Shown: positions 1 through 12,560 of the stretch, one piece after another
Numbering within the stretch: the stretch's first letter is position 1
How the letters are laid out: each line of letters opens with the position of its first letter
NCBI GenBank assembly: GCA_012295275.1
Contig: CM022669.1
Span: forward strand, 12,586,001-12,650,000
Direction: 5' to 3'
Origin: Chrysomallon squamiferum
Taxonomy: Eukaryota > Animalia > Mollusca
Length of the DNA stretch: 64,000 bases
The notes under the pieces: model-generated
Seen by the model: only the letters and a program-made list of their open reading frames with translations
What the model was told of the DNA's origin: nothing
Database searches by the model: none
Made by a program: the position numbers and the translations under genes

Positions 1-610
1 GCCGCAGTTTAATGAACACGTAAGATCAAACACGAAACAATATAAATAAATTGATTCAGAGTATAAAATAACTTTTTTTTTTGTTCGTTTCTTCTTCTTC
101 TTTTTAATCATTGAAGAATATTGATTGGTGACTGTTAATGATTTATGTTTAGAATAAAAATCATTTTCTTACACGGACTAATTAATTCTATGTTTTTAAT
201 TTGGAAAGAATCATATCTTCCTTTTGAAATATGTTATGCAATACTTTCAAGTTATCTTTTTTCTGTCCAGTCTTAAATAACGTCGTCTAAAGAGTTGAGT
301 TTTACAACATCAGAGCGCTACCGTAATTTTAGTGTATTCATTACGTGCTTGCGCATAACTTGTATATATTTATGCATGTGTGAGGGTGTGTGTGTCTATA
401 TATGTGTATATATATGTATGTATGCTTGTGTGTGTTTATGCATATATGTACAATTAGCTGAAAAAAGTATTTAAGAGATATGTGTCTGTGTATATGTGTG
501 TGTGTGTGTGTGTTTTAGATTATATAATCTCATTAAAGCGATAGAACAGACTAATGTTAATATAGTCAAGGGAGACAATGCTAGGCAATTTGTATATAAC
601 ATTAGGTTTT
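1..610 (+). repeat. Segmental duplication, diverged copy of about 12561-13165
   Basis: Both start GCCGCAGTTTAATGAACACGTAAGATCAAACA and stay collinear with small indels. Confidence 0.9.
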
Positions 611-1769
611 ATCTCAGACAAAGAAACTAACATAGCTATGCATGTTCTGTATGAATATCTTAATTAGACAGGTCAGTCAAAGTAACAAATTGAAAAAAAC
701 AAACAAACAAAAAAACAGTTTTGTCACCGGTAAAATATCAGCAATTTCTTCTTTCACAGAGTAGATAAAGAAAAAAATAAATTATTTTGATGTAGAAACG
801 CCAGTTACTTTAAATCGATAGTGAGAGTAACCGTACGAAACATTTCTTTCCTTCCATCCGTTTCTTTATAAATTATTTTACAGTTTGTTCTAAACAGCAG
901 ACATCAGATTTCGAGGTAAAAGCAACAGACAAACGTTCTTCGTTCATTTCAGTTTCCTTACATCATTTTGGGACTTTGGTTTTTTGGGAGTTTGTATGTG
1001 TGTGTGTATGTATGTATGTACGTATGTATGTATATATGTATATATGTATGTATGTATGTATGTGTACATATGTGTACAAAACAAAACAATAACAGCTATG
1101 AAAAGAACAGCAGTAAGAAAAAAAGCAAAACAAAACAACAAAACAAGAAAACAAGAAGAAAACAACATTTTGGCAGTAGTGGAGAATACAACAAATATAA
1201 TAAGGAAACTAGCAGAATAACAAATAAAATAAAACAGTATTATATTATTTAAAACCGACCAAAACAAACAAACGAGCAGCCACTAACAAGAAGTATCTGG
1301 GTTTTTAGTAAACACTGGTTTAATACACTGACTTGACTACGTAACAAGATCTTCAAAAGTCAAGTCTATATCTTCTTATTTGCACATTTCCATCCAAGAA
1401 TATATCAAAGTAGATAGTTTTAATAATTAAGAAATATTTTTGTTCTTCTTCTTCTGCTTCTTCTTCTTATTTTTATTACTTTTTTTTTCACTAATAACAT
1501 TATCGTTACAAGAAATAAAGAATAACATATAATCATTTTTGGTTTATTTTGACAGCTTTATTTAATTTAAACATTTTCATTTGCAGTGATACATCTGTGA
1601 AAAGCTATTTAAACACACTGAAAGCCTAGACGCTTAGGAATCATAAAAAGAAAATAAAAGTGATTTTTAAATCGTTTATGTTACATGCTACTTCACAGCC
1701 ATGTCCGAAGATTACGTTGTGTTCTAAATTAATTATAAGTCTTTTTATTTACTTTCAGATTAAATAAGT

Positions 1770-2000
1770 TAGATGACTGTGTTAAAACAAATACCTCTAA
1801 AACAAGGTTACCTACGAAAATACAGTCTGTGTCACGTACAGCACTGACTTGTTATTTGCGAAACATCGTCAGAGATAGAAAAACTGGACCAGACTCTGTA
1901 CACGTACCTGAGTGCGCGGACCGCTGAAATACTCATCTAGTGACGCTGATCTCATATACCTACTTTAATATATCAGTGATTGACAGTGATGTTAATGAGT
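1770..2000. repeat. Conserved downstream element, inverted copy at about 6575-6780 and direct copy at about 22330-22550
   Basis: CCAGACTCTGTACACGTACCTGAGTGCGCGGACCGCTGAAA at about 1888 is the reverse complement of TTTCAGCGGTCCGCGCACTGAGGTACGTGTGCAGAGTCTGG at about 6632. Confidence 0.85.
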
Positions 2001-2377
2001 AAATTCATATTTCTAATTATTAATATAAACTAACACGTATTAGCACGATAGACTGAATTTTTTAGCACGTTCAATGAAATCTTTCATCTAGACTATTAGT
2101 AAAAGAAAAATCTCGAAATGAGAAAGTGAAAAACTGAGAATCCCAAGTCTTTGCACAGCAAAAATACATTAATAAACACTGTATCATTTCTCAAGTCATC
2201 GAAATCAATTACAATAAACAGAAAGTCTCAGAAGATCAATATCAGTAAATTCTTTACATATATTTAACGCAGTGACTTTATGTTTTTTCTTTGAAAGATA
2301 CACCGTCAGCATTAGTAATGTTATTATACATATTCTAATAATACTTAATCAAAGACAGAGAATTAACTGGACTTATA

Positions 2378-3418
2378 TTACACAATATGACTCTGGGTCA
2401 CCGGCACACTGTAGATCTCAGAACGTCTCCGCTCACGACCACGAAACAAAGTCCGCATTTCTTGTCGAAATCGTTGTCCAGTACTGCAGTATAACACGAA
2501 ATTGATACAGTTGTTTGTGTACATCAACATATTGACCAGGCACCATAATAATTGGTCTACTGCCTCGTCCCGAACATTTTCGAAGTCGCTACGGAAATTA
2601 TTGTCATATATGATTTGAACAGAAACAGGAGTTGTACAAATTACGTACGTCGCACTTACGACTAGCATCGTGAACGTGATGGATGAATTCTGATTTCGTC
2701 GAACTGATGCAGATCTGTTCTGAATGTTGTTTCCAATGGTCGTGCCATTCTGCAAAATGTGTCGATTACCAGAAACAATTTTGTATATGATTAAAATATT
2801 ACATACGATGAGAATAAAAGAAGGTAAGAAACTATAGATAGTAAAATCTATCCATGGCCAAACTATAAGCTCAAATTCGTTGTACTCATCAGTATTAGGT
2901 ACACATTGAAGAAAATATGTCTCATTTCCGTTGGTTACTTCAGAGTCGCCGAGTCCAAAAATATAATGTCCTGGCAAAACAGCCATTATTAAAATTATGG
3001 ATGCAGTTATAACAATAGCTACACTCCTCGTACATATCATTCTTACTTTATGTGGAAACCACACAGACAAACATCTTTCCAACGTCACCGCCACCAACAA
3101 CCACGCCGACATGTATACCGTCGAAAAAGCCGACCATATCAGCAGCTTGCATGCAGTCGTACTGTATGATGTGATGTCGTAATTAAGTAGATATTTTAAC
3201 CAGGGTCTTAACAAGCCAGTACAGAGAACGAGACTGTCGAAGACAGCCAGACACCTTAAATAGAGCGACGTTGTCGTTTCTCGCATTGATGATGACCATG
3301 ACAAAACAATGAACGTTAAAGTGTTACCCACCAGTCCTATTGTCAGCATGAACGGCGGAACGTATTTCCAAATAGCGACAGCAGCTTTGTATTCAGGATA
3401 ATCGGATAACTCAGACAT
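2378..3418 (-). CDS. Intronless class A GPCR, FMRFamide receptor/GPR139-142-like, subtype A copy 1 (346 aa, intact)
   Basis: Full ORF with 7 hydrophobic segments; GLVGN (TM1), LAVFD (TM2), TLERC (DRY position), CTTP (TM6), NNCINFVLYC (TM7), GQRFRQE (helix 8), Cys at top of TM3 and in ECL2. Confidence 0.93.
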   Translation of the reverse strand: MSELSDYPEYKAAVAIWKYVPPFMLTIGLVGNTLTFIVLSWSSSMRETTTSLYLRCLAVFDSLVLCTGLLRPWLKYLLNYDITSYSTTACKLLIWSAFSTVYMSAWLLVAVTLERCLSVWFPHKVRMICTRSVAIVITASIILIMAVLPGHYIFGLGDSEVTNGNETYFLQCVPNTDEYNEFELIVWPWIDFTIYSFLPSFILIVCNILIIYKIVSGNRHILQNGTTIGNNIQNRSASVRRNQNSSITFTMLVVSATYVICTTPVSVQIIYDNNFRSDFENVRDEAVDQLLWCLVNMLMYTNNCINFVLYCSTGQRFRQEMRTLFRGRERRRSEIYSVPVTQSHIV

Positions 3419-3837
3419 GATTTGTTAGTGAAATTATTTCCAGTTGTTGGTGCCTACATGCAGTTTCCTCTTTCCAGTTTAAGGAATTAAATCCAATATT
3501 AGTTGGAAACGAACAATAAATGAAAGTCTGAACTTACACAGTTTTGTTTCGGTGACGGTAATTGTGCAGCGCTTGTTGTTGTTGTTGTTAACGTCAACCA
3601 AACGTATATGAAAATTACTGTGTCAGTTTTGTAGTTTAAGAACTATTCTTTAGTAGCCCGTTGTTGTTGCTAGGGCTGCTGTTATTGTGATAAATGCATA
3701 TCCAAACTTCTCCCTCCATTGTTGTTGTTGTTACAGTCTAATCTCACACTAATGTCTATAAAGTACGACACCACTGTTTTATGGCATTAAATACATTATG
3801 AATCAACGAGAAGACTAATGGAAAAATTTTAAATGTC

Positions 3838-3935
3838 GAATAGAAATTGTTTTTCTAATTGGTTTGTTAAGTGTAACCAACAGGACTTCTCTGCATGGAT
3901 TTAATGGGCGGAGTAATTATTACGTAACATAGGCC
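3838..3935 (-). promoter_or_regulatory. Conserved upstream module of subtype-A genes (GC-box-like and CCAAT-like motifs)
   Basis: Gene-sense TACTCCGCCCATTAAATC...GTTACACTTAACAAACCAATTAG...TCTATTCGACATTT; homologues near 4618, 15642, 25320, 28657, 37551, 39818, 51432 and 55156, always oriented with the A gene. Confidence 0.5.
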
Positions 3936-3952
3936 ACCTGTATGTATGTACG

Positions 3953-4002
<50 letters not shown>

Positions 4003-4049
4003 GAAATACGTATATATATATATATATATATACACACACAGACACACGC

Positions 4050-4083
<34 letters not shown>

Positions 4084-4519
4084 GCATAGTTATACACTCA
4101 CATATATCTCTCTTTATGTGTGTTTGTGTGTGTAGTATGTATAACGATAAGGAAAAGTCTTACTGATAAAAGATATTTGATAAAATGTATATATTTGCAT
4201 ACAATTTAAAACATCTGAGCACAACCTTTTCTAAGTAAATATTTCGTTACGAGGATATTTTACATTTTCTTGGGTAATCTTAAAATGTGTCTAGACTAAC
4301 TTGTGTCACATTAAACTGTTATTAATGTAAATGATATAAATTAATTTAGAAAGAAAATTACGTTTTATCTTCCAGGCAGTGTATGAGTATTGATTTTATT
4401 CCTCGACGCAAATAACTACGTACACGATCTAATCAGAATAGAATAATAAGTTATGAAAATGTGAGGTAATATCTTTAAGTAATATGTGTGTGTGTGTGTG
4501 CATGCGTGTGCGTGCCCCG

Positions 4520-4616
4520 TGTGTGTGTTCTGAATGTTGTTTTCGCTAGGGGTGTCATTCTCCAGGACCTGTCGATTTTGTTGATGACTAAAATGTTTCA
4601 TGAATTACACGATGAA
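4520..4616 (-). pseudogene. Small remnant of subtype-B GPCR (ICL3 region only)
   Basis: Encodes NRQVLENDTPSENNIQN, then the same CA-repeat and TTAAAGATATTACCTCACATTTTC tail seen after the B copies near 27.2, 38.0 and 52.0 kb. Confidence 0.65.
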
Positions 4617-4962
4617 TAACTCCGCCCATTAGTTCAATATACAGCATTCCATTTATTTACACTTAACTAAGGACTAATGTACAGATTTTATATTCGACAT
4701 TTCAGTTTGTACATTATTCTTCTCGTCCTTTTAATACAGTTTTTTTTTAGAATATAAATGAGTTGTAGTGATTTGTAGCAATTCATTTGTTTTACTTAAG
4801 GTAGCAGAAATAAATTAACAACAATAACAACAACAATAACAACAACGGATATCGAAGTTGTCTGACACTTCATTTTTTCTTGCTTTTTCACTTATTCCTT
4901 AAATCGTAAAGATGAAACTGCATATAGTCAGTAATAATTAGAAATAATTTGATTAACGAACC

Positions 4963-5917
4963 ATGTCTGCGTTATCCGATTTTCTTGAATATAGAGCTGC
5001 TGTTTGAAAATACGTTCCGCCGTTCATGCTGACAATAGGACTGGTGGATAACTCTTTAACGTTCATTGTTTTGTCATGGTCATCATCAATGCGCAAAACG
5101 ACAATGTCGCTGTATTTGAGATGTCTGGCTGTCTTCGACAGTCTCGCTCTCTGTACTGGCTTGTTAAGACTCTGGTTAAAATATCTAGTTAATTACGACA
5201 TCAGAACATACAGTACGACTGCATGCAAGCTGCACGTGTGGGCGACCTATTCGACGGTATACACGTCAGCGTGGTTGTTGGTGGCGGTGACGCTGGAAAG
5301 ATGTTTGTCTGTGTGGTTTCCACGTAAGGTAAGAATAATATGTACGAGACGTGTAATTGTTGTTATAATTGTATCCATAATTTTAATAATGGTCGTTCAG
5401 CAAGCATATTATATTTTTGGATATGGTAATTCTGAAGTAACCGAAGGAAATAAGACACATATTTCTCACTGTGAAGCTATTTCTGATGAATACTATAAAC
5501 TTGATGTTAAAGTTTGGTCATCGTATGTAAAATTTTAATAACTTAGAAAACTGTTATGGACGGATTTTGCAGAATGACACGTCCAATGGAAACAACATTC
5601 AGAACAGATCTGCATCAGTCCGACGAAATCAATCGTCATCCATCACGTTCATGATGCTAGTCGTAAGTGCGACGTACGTAATTTGTACAACTCCTTTTTC
5701 TGTATATCACAAAATATTTTTTAACCAAGTTGAAATTGTTCACGTCGAGGCAATAGACGCATTGAGATGGTGCCTGGTCAACATTTTGATGTACACATAC
5801 AACTGTATGACTTTTTTTAATTATACTACAGTACTGGAAAACGATTTCTAGAAACTCTGAGGACTTGTATTGTGGTCGTGAGCGGAGGTAGTCTGTGACC
5901 CTGAATCATACTGTATA
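4963..5917 (+). pseudogene. Subtype-A GPCR pseudogene (plus-strand copy)
   Basis: ATG at 4963 (MSALSDFLEYRAAV*), TGA at 5005 replacing Trp, deletion/frameshift in TM5 near 5515-5560, frameshift near 5815; ORFs 5026-5538 and 5567-5851 are fragments of it. Confidence 0.9.
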
Positions 5918-6348
5918 TCGAAGCATTCAGTTAATTGTCTATTGTTTGTTTTAATTATTATTAATGCATATAGAAGCACATTACGAATATTGATAATGAG
6001 CTTTTCAAAGAAGAAGCACCAAGTTTGTGCGGTTAGCTTTGTAATAGGACACTTGTAAAGAACTTGAGATTTAATATTTGTTGTAATTGTTCTTAAAGAG
6101 AAAACGATATGGTATTTAGTGACATATATATACATCTTCGCCGAATTCTAGATATTCAAATGTTACTTTCTAGAGATACCATAAAGTTTTCTTATATTAA
6201 TAGTCAAGATAAGAGTTTTTATTGAGCACACTAAATATAGATGTTATTTACTTTTTAGAAAGACCAAAAAGTTTTCTTATATTAATAGTCAAGATAAGAG
6301 TTTTTATTGAGAACACTAAATATAGATGTTGTTTACGAGATAAAAGCT

Positions 6349-6349
<1 letters not shown>

Positions 6350-6432
<83 letters not shown>
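6350..6432. repeat. (CT)n microsatellite
   Basis: Direct read; similar tracts at 15481-15583, 17897-18009, 29757-29825 and 52880-52971. Confidence 0.98.
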
Positions 6433-6437
<5 letters not shown>

Positions 6438-8012
6438 CTTTAGGAATTTATTTATTTATTTCAAATTAATGGCTATTCTGACATAAAAACACAATAATGC
6501 TGTTGTTACTTTTTTATTTATTTGTTTGTTTAATTTTAATGTGATTTTCTTCATTCGGAGCGACATTAATATTATTATGAATCACTGATGTATTAAAGTA
6601 GGTATACGACACCAGTGTCACTCAATGTGCGTTTCAGCGGTCCGCGCACTGAGGTACGTGTGCAGAGTCTGGTCGAGTTTTTCTATCTCTTACTAAGTTT
6701 TCGCAATAACAAATCAGTCCTGTATATGACACAGTCTGTATATTCTTAGGTAACCTTGTTTTAGAGTTATTTGATCAAACATTATTTTTGTTTTCAAATG
6801 TCAGTTTTATTGGCAAAGTTTACGGTAAATGTTTATTTTACAAACAGCAACAACAACAAGAACAACTACAAATATAAAAAATTAGAAAACAATAATGTAA
6901 TTGACTATTTCAAAATGTTTAATTAATATTTTGTCTTTGAAAAAAAGCGGTTTTTCCTTGAAATTTACGTATTAAAAACTACTTTTGCTCTTCCTTTAAT
7001 AATCGAATTCCTTTAAATGCGTATTTCTATGGAATAACTGCTACTGTTTAAGATTTCAGCTTTTTGCTGCCGAAGTCTAGAAGAGTAAGCCAGCGAGGCT
7101 ATGACGAGCTGGTATAGCCGTTCGACAATCTGAGGTTAAAACTGGTATCTTAAGAAAGAAGCCAGTTATTTCTTTCACCCTGCAAACATATATACTACAA
7201 AGACAAAATGCAATAACTCTCAGTTCTCGAGATAAATTCATTCCTAAAAAAACTATACATTATTTTTACCAGTGCCCTAAAATATAGAAATGTATATGGC
7301 CATCATATATTGCCACGATTTTCTAGTCATTGCAGGATATAAACATACATTAGTTTGAAAATTTATTTGTTTTCCATCAAAAAGAGCTAGTAATAATTCG
7401 TAAAGCTGAACTCTGAGTTTATTGATATTTAATTTTTTAATGAATTTTCCCATATAAAACATTTAGCCTCGATGGTTTAAGCAGGACGTTAAAACAAAAT
7501 ACATATTTATCGAAAATGCCGTCTTTAATCAGCATGTAGCGCTTTCTGTATTAAGCAATTGAAAAAATAATAATACAAACAAATAAATATAAAAAATTAA
7601 ATTAAATTAAAAAAACAACAACATTTAATTAAGTGTCTTTACGGAGAAACGAGGCATTTGTGAAGTAGGTTAATTGTTTGAAATCAAGTGTACTTATTCG
7701 GTAAATACATTTTGCTTTTACCAATCCATTCTTTGGGGCAATAATGAATGTATATTGATTTTACGTTTAATATTAATGTTCATTGTCTTCCTTTACTGTT
7801 ACAAACTCGATAGTTTTTAAATTAACATATGACACGGTAATGACTATATTTTTTCTAAGACAAAGCCATTGAAAATTTAGTAAATTAAATATTTAAAGAT
7901 CTTAAAAGATCTTGGAAGAAGCTTTTTAATTATAACTTCTATCTTCATGGAACATTGCAATAATAAATAGATTAATACAAATAATAATAAAAATAAAAAA
8001 ATAAAAATAAGA

Positions 8013-8014
<2 letters not shown>

Positions 8015-8064
<50 letters not shown>

Positions 8065-8250
8065 GAAGAAGAAGAAGAAGATGAAGAAAAAGAACGATAA
8101 TGATCATAATAATAATAGTAGTAGTAATAATATTTATGATGATAATAATAGTAGTAGTAATAGAACTAATAATAATAATAAGAAAAATAATGATGATAAT
8201 AATAATGATGATGATGATGACACTACTACTAATAATATGATGATGATAAT
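8015..8250. repeat. Compound trinucleotide microsatellite (AAT/AAG/GAT/AGT)
   Basis: Direct read. Confidence 0.95.
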
Positions 8251-9894
8251 AAACAGAGTCATGAGGTACTGGAATTGTGATGTCGACTAATATGTTTCAT
8301 TTTTGTTGCAAAACTAGAGTATAATTTATTGGAAGAAATGTATATGCGGTAACGTCACAAGTACAAGGAAATGCACGAACCATTATTTTATATTACACTT
8401 GGTTATGAATTATAAGTGAATGGCGAAAAGAAAAATAAATAAAATAAAACTAGTAAGGGCGCAGAATAAATTCAGACTGTTTCTTTGTATAAAGGTATAC
8501 TTTGTGCAAATGTATACTTTAATGAAAATTAATTTAGACAGAAAAGAAGTAAAGGGAAAAAAATAATAATTTGAAACATTATATGGATATTGTGCATACT
8601 AATAACAAGTAGGACTTCGTGCTGTGTTTAATAATTTCATTATCTCTTTTTAAAACAAAACAAACAGCGGATTACAACATAAACACACAAAATCTGACTA
8701 CTTGCAAAGCTCAACGGTAGACAAGCTTTTCAACTATATATATGTAATATAGTTCCTGGCATCTTAGGCGAGTTAATCAGCGGCCTATCGATAGATCCTC
8801 GAAATTTCCTTTGTCATTTTTATCATTATTTTTTTTATTTTTTACTCCTTCGGATTACCATAGCAGACACAGTTAATAATTAGATGCTCGAAAATATTTT
8901 CTTGAAGAAGTTTCACATTTTTGTTTTTAATTTAATTTAATTTAATTTTTGACATTTTCTCTTTTACATGATTTCACAACAGAATTATTAACCAAGTCGT
9001 TTTCAGCGTCATATTATATATCCATCAATACACCAAGTTAATTTGACTCGAATATAAGAAAGAAAAAGGAAAAAGAAAAATCATACACAAAAAAAATGAA
9101 AAACAAACATGAAAAATCACGCCGCAACACCCCCCAAAGCCACACAAAACAGTAATAAAAAATAACAAACAAACAAACAAACAAAAAGAACCCAGCAAAA
9201 AGAAAAACAATCACCAAACTACAACAACAACGAAAAGAAAACAAATAACAACTACCTCCGCCGCAGGAAAAAACCAGAAAGAAAGGCATTGCCATATTCC
9301 AAATTACGATTATAAAACAATTTACTACATTAAGAGCTATACTAGTGAGAGCACAGTAAATTCTCAGTTTAACTCAGTCCAATTCAACGTAACTGGAAAT
9401 AAAGGGGACTAATTCCTTCAGACTGGCATCAACCGCTTGAATTCCCCTGGGACTGTGATTGGTATCCGTATTTTACTCAATGTTTCTACTGGTCGTTTTA
9501 CGTGTGAGTGTCATAGTGGACTAAGTCACATGAACTCCCTTTTGTGGCATGTATCATCTGATTCTCATTGTTGTGTCACTGTAATCGTTTAGTGAACGTA
9601 AGTGCAAAAATTTAAAATAAATGTTTCATATTATAATATTTAAATAAATAATAGTGTTTTATTATTAAAATCTTATTGTCTTAAAACATTTGCGATTTTT
9701 GTTAGAACGGACATTCCTTCGTCCCCACCAGTACAGAAAAGTCGAAAGTTTATTTACTGTACTAGTGTACGTTATTATTTAATGGACATGAAACATAATT
9801 GTAACCGATAATAAAAAGATAAAATGTCTTAAGATTATTTAGGATTAGAGAAGTAGAAAATGTTTTTGTAATATCAGTCGTCACTGATTGCTTT

Positions 9895-10735
9895 ATACAC
9901 AAAATATTCTCAGTTCTTTACGAAAACATGTTTCGTTAGCACAATACAAAATAAAACTGATACAGTTGTTTGTATACATCACAGACCACGCTCAGTGCAT
10001 TTAGCACTTCGAGGTACACACCTGCAGTGTGACGATTAAACACTAATTTGTGTATAAGATAAAAGCACAAAACAGAGTTGTTCATATTACTTTGGTTGCA
10101 CTAGTTGAATGTCGGATGAATGTGAGGGATTATGGCTGGTTTTGTCGAAATAAAATAGATGTGTTTCGAACATTTCTTCCATCCTTCATGTTTCGTCATT
10201 GTGTAGAGCTCGTCGATTACTCCGAACTGTTAGAATGAGGGCAGGCGAAAAATTGTAGTGAGAAAACTCTGTCCATTATCAGCTCTCTTGTCGCAAATAT
10301 CACGTACGCATCGTTAAAGTAGGATCCCAGTGATAAATATTAAAATGTAATAATGTCTACAGCGACGAGATGTGCTGGCAAAACGGCGACTGTCGAAATA
10401 ACTGAACCCGTTATAATAACTGAAACACGTTTCGTACAAATTTCGTTTTGCATCTCTCGAACGTCATTGATACGCAAATTCACTGTGATGCACGGAATGT
10501 CCAATTGGTTGGTCGCCCAAATGTTCGTATTACGAATAGCCGATTTGTAGTACCATGTGTCACATGACCTGCCAGAGGTAACAGTCAGTTTCTCAACAAA
10601 CCAGTGCAAGGAATGTCAGATACTATGTCGAAGAGGTCTCCTGCTGCTACGACTTCTGAAATGTTTCCAGTAACACCAGTCATAACGATCATACTTGTCT
10701 GCTAAGGTGGAATATTATATTCCTTATACTACTGT
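9895..10735 (-). pseudogene. Highly decayed GPCR pseudogene of a divergent subtype (C)
   Basis: Manual translation of the minus strand gives MTGVTGNI (TM1), FD...CTGLLR (TM2), ICTKRVSVIITGSVISTVAVLPAHL (TM4) and MYTNNCISFILYCANETCFRKELRIFCV* (TM7/helix 8), in order but in broken frames. Confidence 0.8.
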
Positions 10736-10899
10736 AAATTAGCCAAGCTTTTTGCATGAGTGAGGTGAAACAGACTATTTCGGTTATAACCTATTTCTGA
10801 ACCGATAGAGTTATTTGCTTTTGAAAAGTTGGCTGTTTGTGTACTGTTTCATGAACATAAAAGTGCCAGTAATATTCAGCCATTATAAAGGAGTTTGTT

Positions 10900-11215
10900 C
10901 ACAACAATATTGGATTAAATGTCTGAAAGCTGATTACTGAAAGTACTTTAAGATATTTATTAACAACATTGAATTAAACACTACAGATTAATTATTAAAA
11001 ATATTTATAAGGTAGTCAATAACTCTGAATTAAATGACAAGTCAGATATTAAAGATATGTGCAAGACTTCTAACAGTATTGAATTAAATGAAAAATAATG
11101 CACATTAAATAGAAATTATCTTTAAGGTATTCCGTCAGCGTACTGAATTAAATGACATTAAACGTGTTAATTATTAAAGATTTGTCAAAGTAACAATATT
11201 GAATGGAAATAAAAA
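10900..11215. repeat. Degenerate tandem repeat, period about 55-65 bp
   Basis: TGAATTAAATGA-like motif recurs near 10911, 10970, 11026, 11080, 11143 and 11200, often preceded by AACA-type and followed by ATTAAA-type words. Confidence 0.55.
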
Positions 11216-11445
11216 AATAATGACCATTATGGAGGGTTTTTGTAGTATACAAAGATTTCTGAGAAAGATTTATCCCGTGATTGAGAAATACGATTTAATC
11301 AGCTAATATAGATATTATCGCCATGTTCAGAACGTGTTACTGCTTGAAAATAAGTCTGATTATTAGAAATTGTGATATCCCAAAATTAATTTCCATTAAC
11401 TGTCTGAGGAAGAGTCATTTGCACGGTGTGTACGTTAGAATGATG

Positions 11446-12032
11446 TCATTCTTTAGAACAAAACAGTGATCGAAACTCTTGTCGAAATCGTTGTCCAGTA
11501 GCACAGTATAAGACAAAATTTGCAGCAGCGACCGTCCGAGACCATGTAACGCGAGCTCGCGAGGTCAAACATTCACGTAAGTATGTTGCACGTTTGGTAA
11601 AACTAACTTTGATTGTATGTAGAAACCAGACTGAGAAACATCGTTCCAACGTTACTGACACCAACAGCTTTGATGAAGTGTAAATTGTCCCGTTGGTGGA
11701 CCATGTATGCAATTTGCAAGCAGCCGGACTACAATCCCGAAAGTCCTATCGTATCACTTGTATCACTTGTATCACTCGTGTCGTATCACTTGTATCACTC
11801 GTGTCGTATCACTCGTATCACTCGTATCGTATCACTTGCAGAGAACCAAACTATCAATCACTGCCACGATTCTGAGATGTAACGACGTTCTGGTGTTCTT
11901 CGCCGACGTCTTCTGCAACACGACGAAATCCAAAATGTTTCCGACTAGACCGATCATGTTTAGGAACGGAGGAACATATTTATATGTTGCCACTAATATT
12001 TTGAATACCTCATAATCCTGATAATCGGCCAT
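11446..12032 (-). pseudogene. GPCR pseudogene of a divergent subtype (D), with repeat insertion and TM4-TM6 deletion
   Basis: MADYQDYEVFKILVATYKYVPPFLNMIGLVGN...DSLVLC, interrupted by a repeat, then TIYTSSKLLVSVTLERCFSVWF and ANFVLYCATGQRFRQEFRSLFCSKE*. Confidence 0.88.
11748..11839. repeat. Minisatellite of GTATCACT(T/C) 9-mers mixed with GT(G/A)TC 5-mers
   Basis: Read directly: gtatcactt gtatcactt gtatcactc gtgtc gtatcactt gtatcactc gtgtc gtatcactc gtatcactc gtatc gtatcactt. Confidence 0.9.
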
Positions 12033-12560
12033 TATCTTTCTTATTTGAATGGTTTGCCCCACACAAGAGCTAAAAGGCAGTTATAGGTTTGTAATTTCTG
12101 TGATAAGAGTTCCAAAGAGATATTATATGACTCTGAAAAGTTTTCTTTTTGTATACAGTAACTAGAATACAAAAATGTTACTATTCAGTCGTTTTAAAAC
12201 AGTTTGCATGCATATCGGTAATTTTCAATAATTGAGTATTTTTCAGAAATTCTCAGACTTTAGAAATTAAATATCTACCAGTAACATTACATCAGAATAA
12301 TCTGACAGGGTGTAGTTGCGCTTTTATATTTCAGGACATCTATAGCAATGGCATGTAGAACTCTTGCCGGCGATTGGTACATTTGAACTTTTTAAATTTG
12401 TATTAATTAATGACTATCGAGGATACACGGTCTTCTCTAGGCGATGCTTTTTAATTATCATGGCATTTCAGAGTCTAACCAATTATGCAACGATACAATA
12501 GGTGAACGTGGTTTTATTGCCCAAGAGTGACTAATAATTATGTGCAAAATATTGTCAATA

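Noticed and set aside
944-1267. Overlapping short ORFs rich in YVCM/HTYI, and similar ones at 3.9, 8.0, 13.4, 15.4, 18.0, 22.8, 23.1, 34.5, 52.8 and 61.1 kb
   Set aside because: Translations of microsatellites with no protein-like content.
6172-6335. Local tandem duplication of about 85 bp (similar small duplications near 20.45-20.86, 25.0-25.3 and 58.3-58.6 kb)
   Set aside because: Ordinary short duplications in non-coding spacer with no sign of function.
11748-11839. Possible CRISPR-like array
   Set aside because: Very short units with no unique spacers, eukaryotic context and no cas genes.
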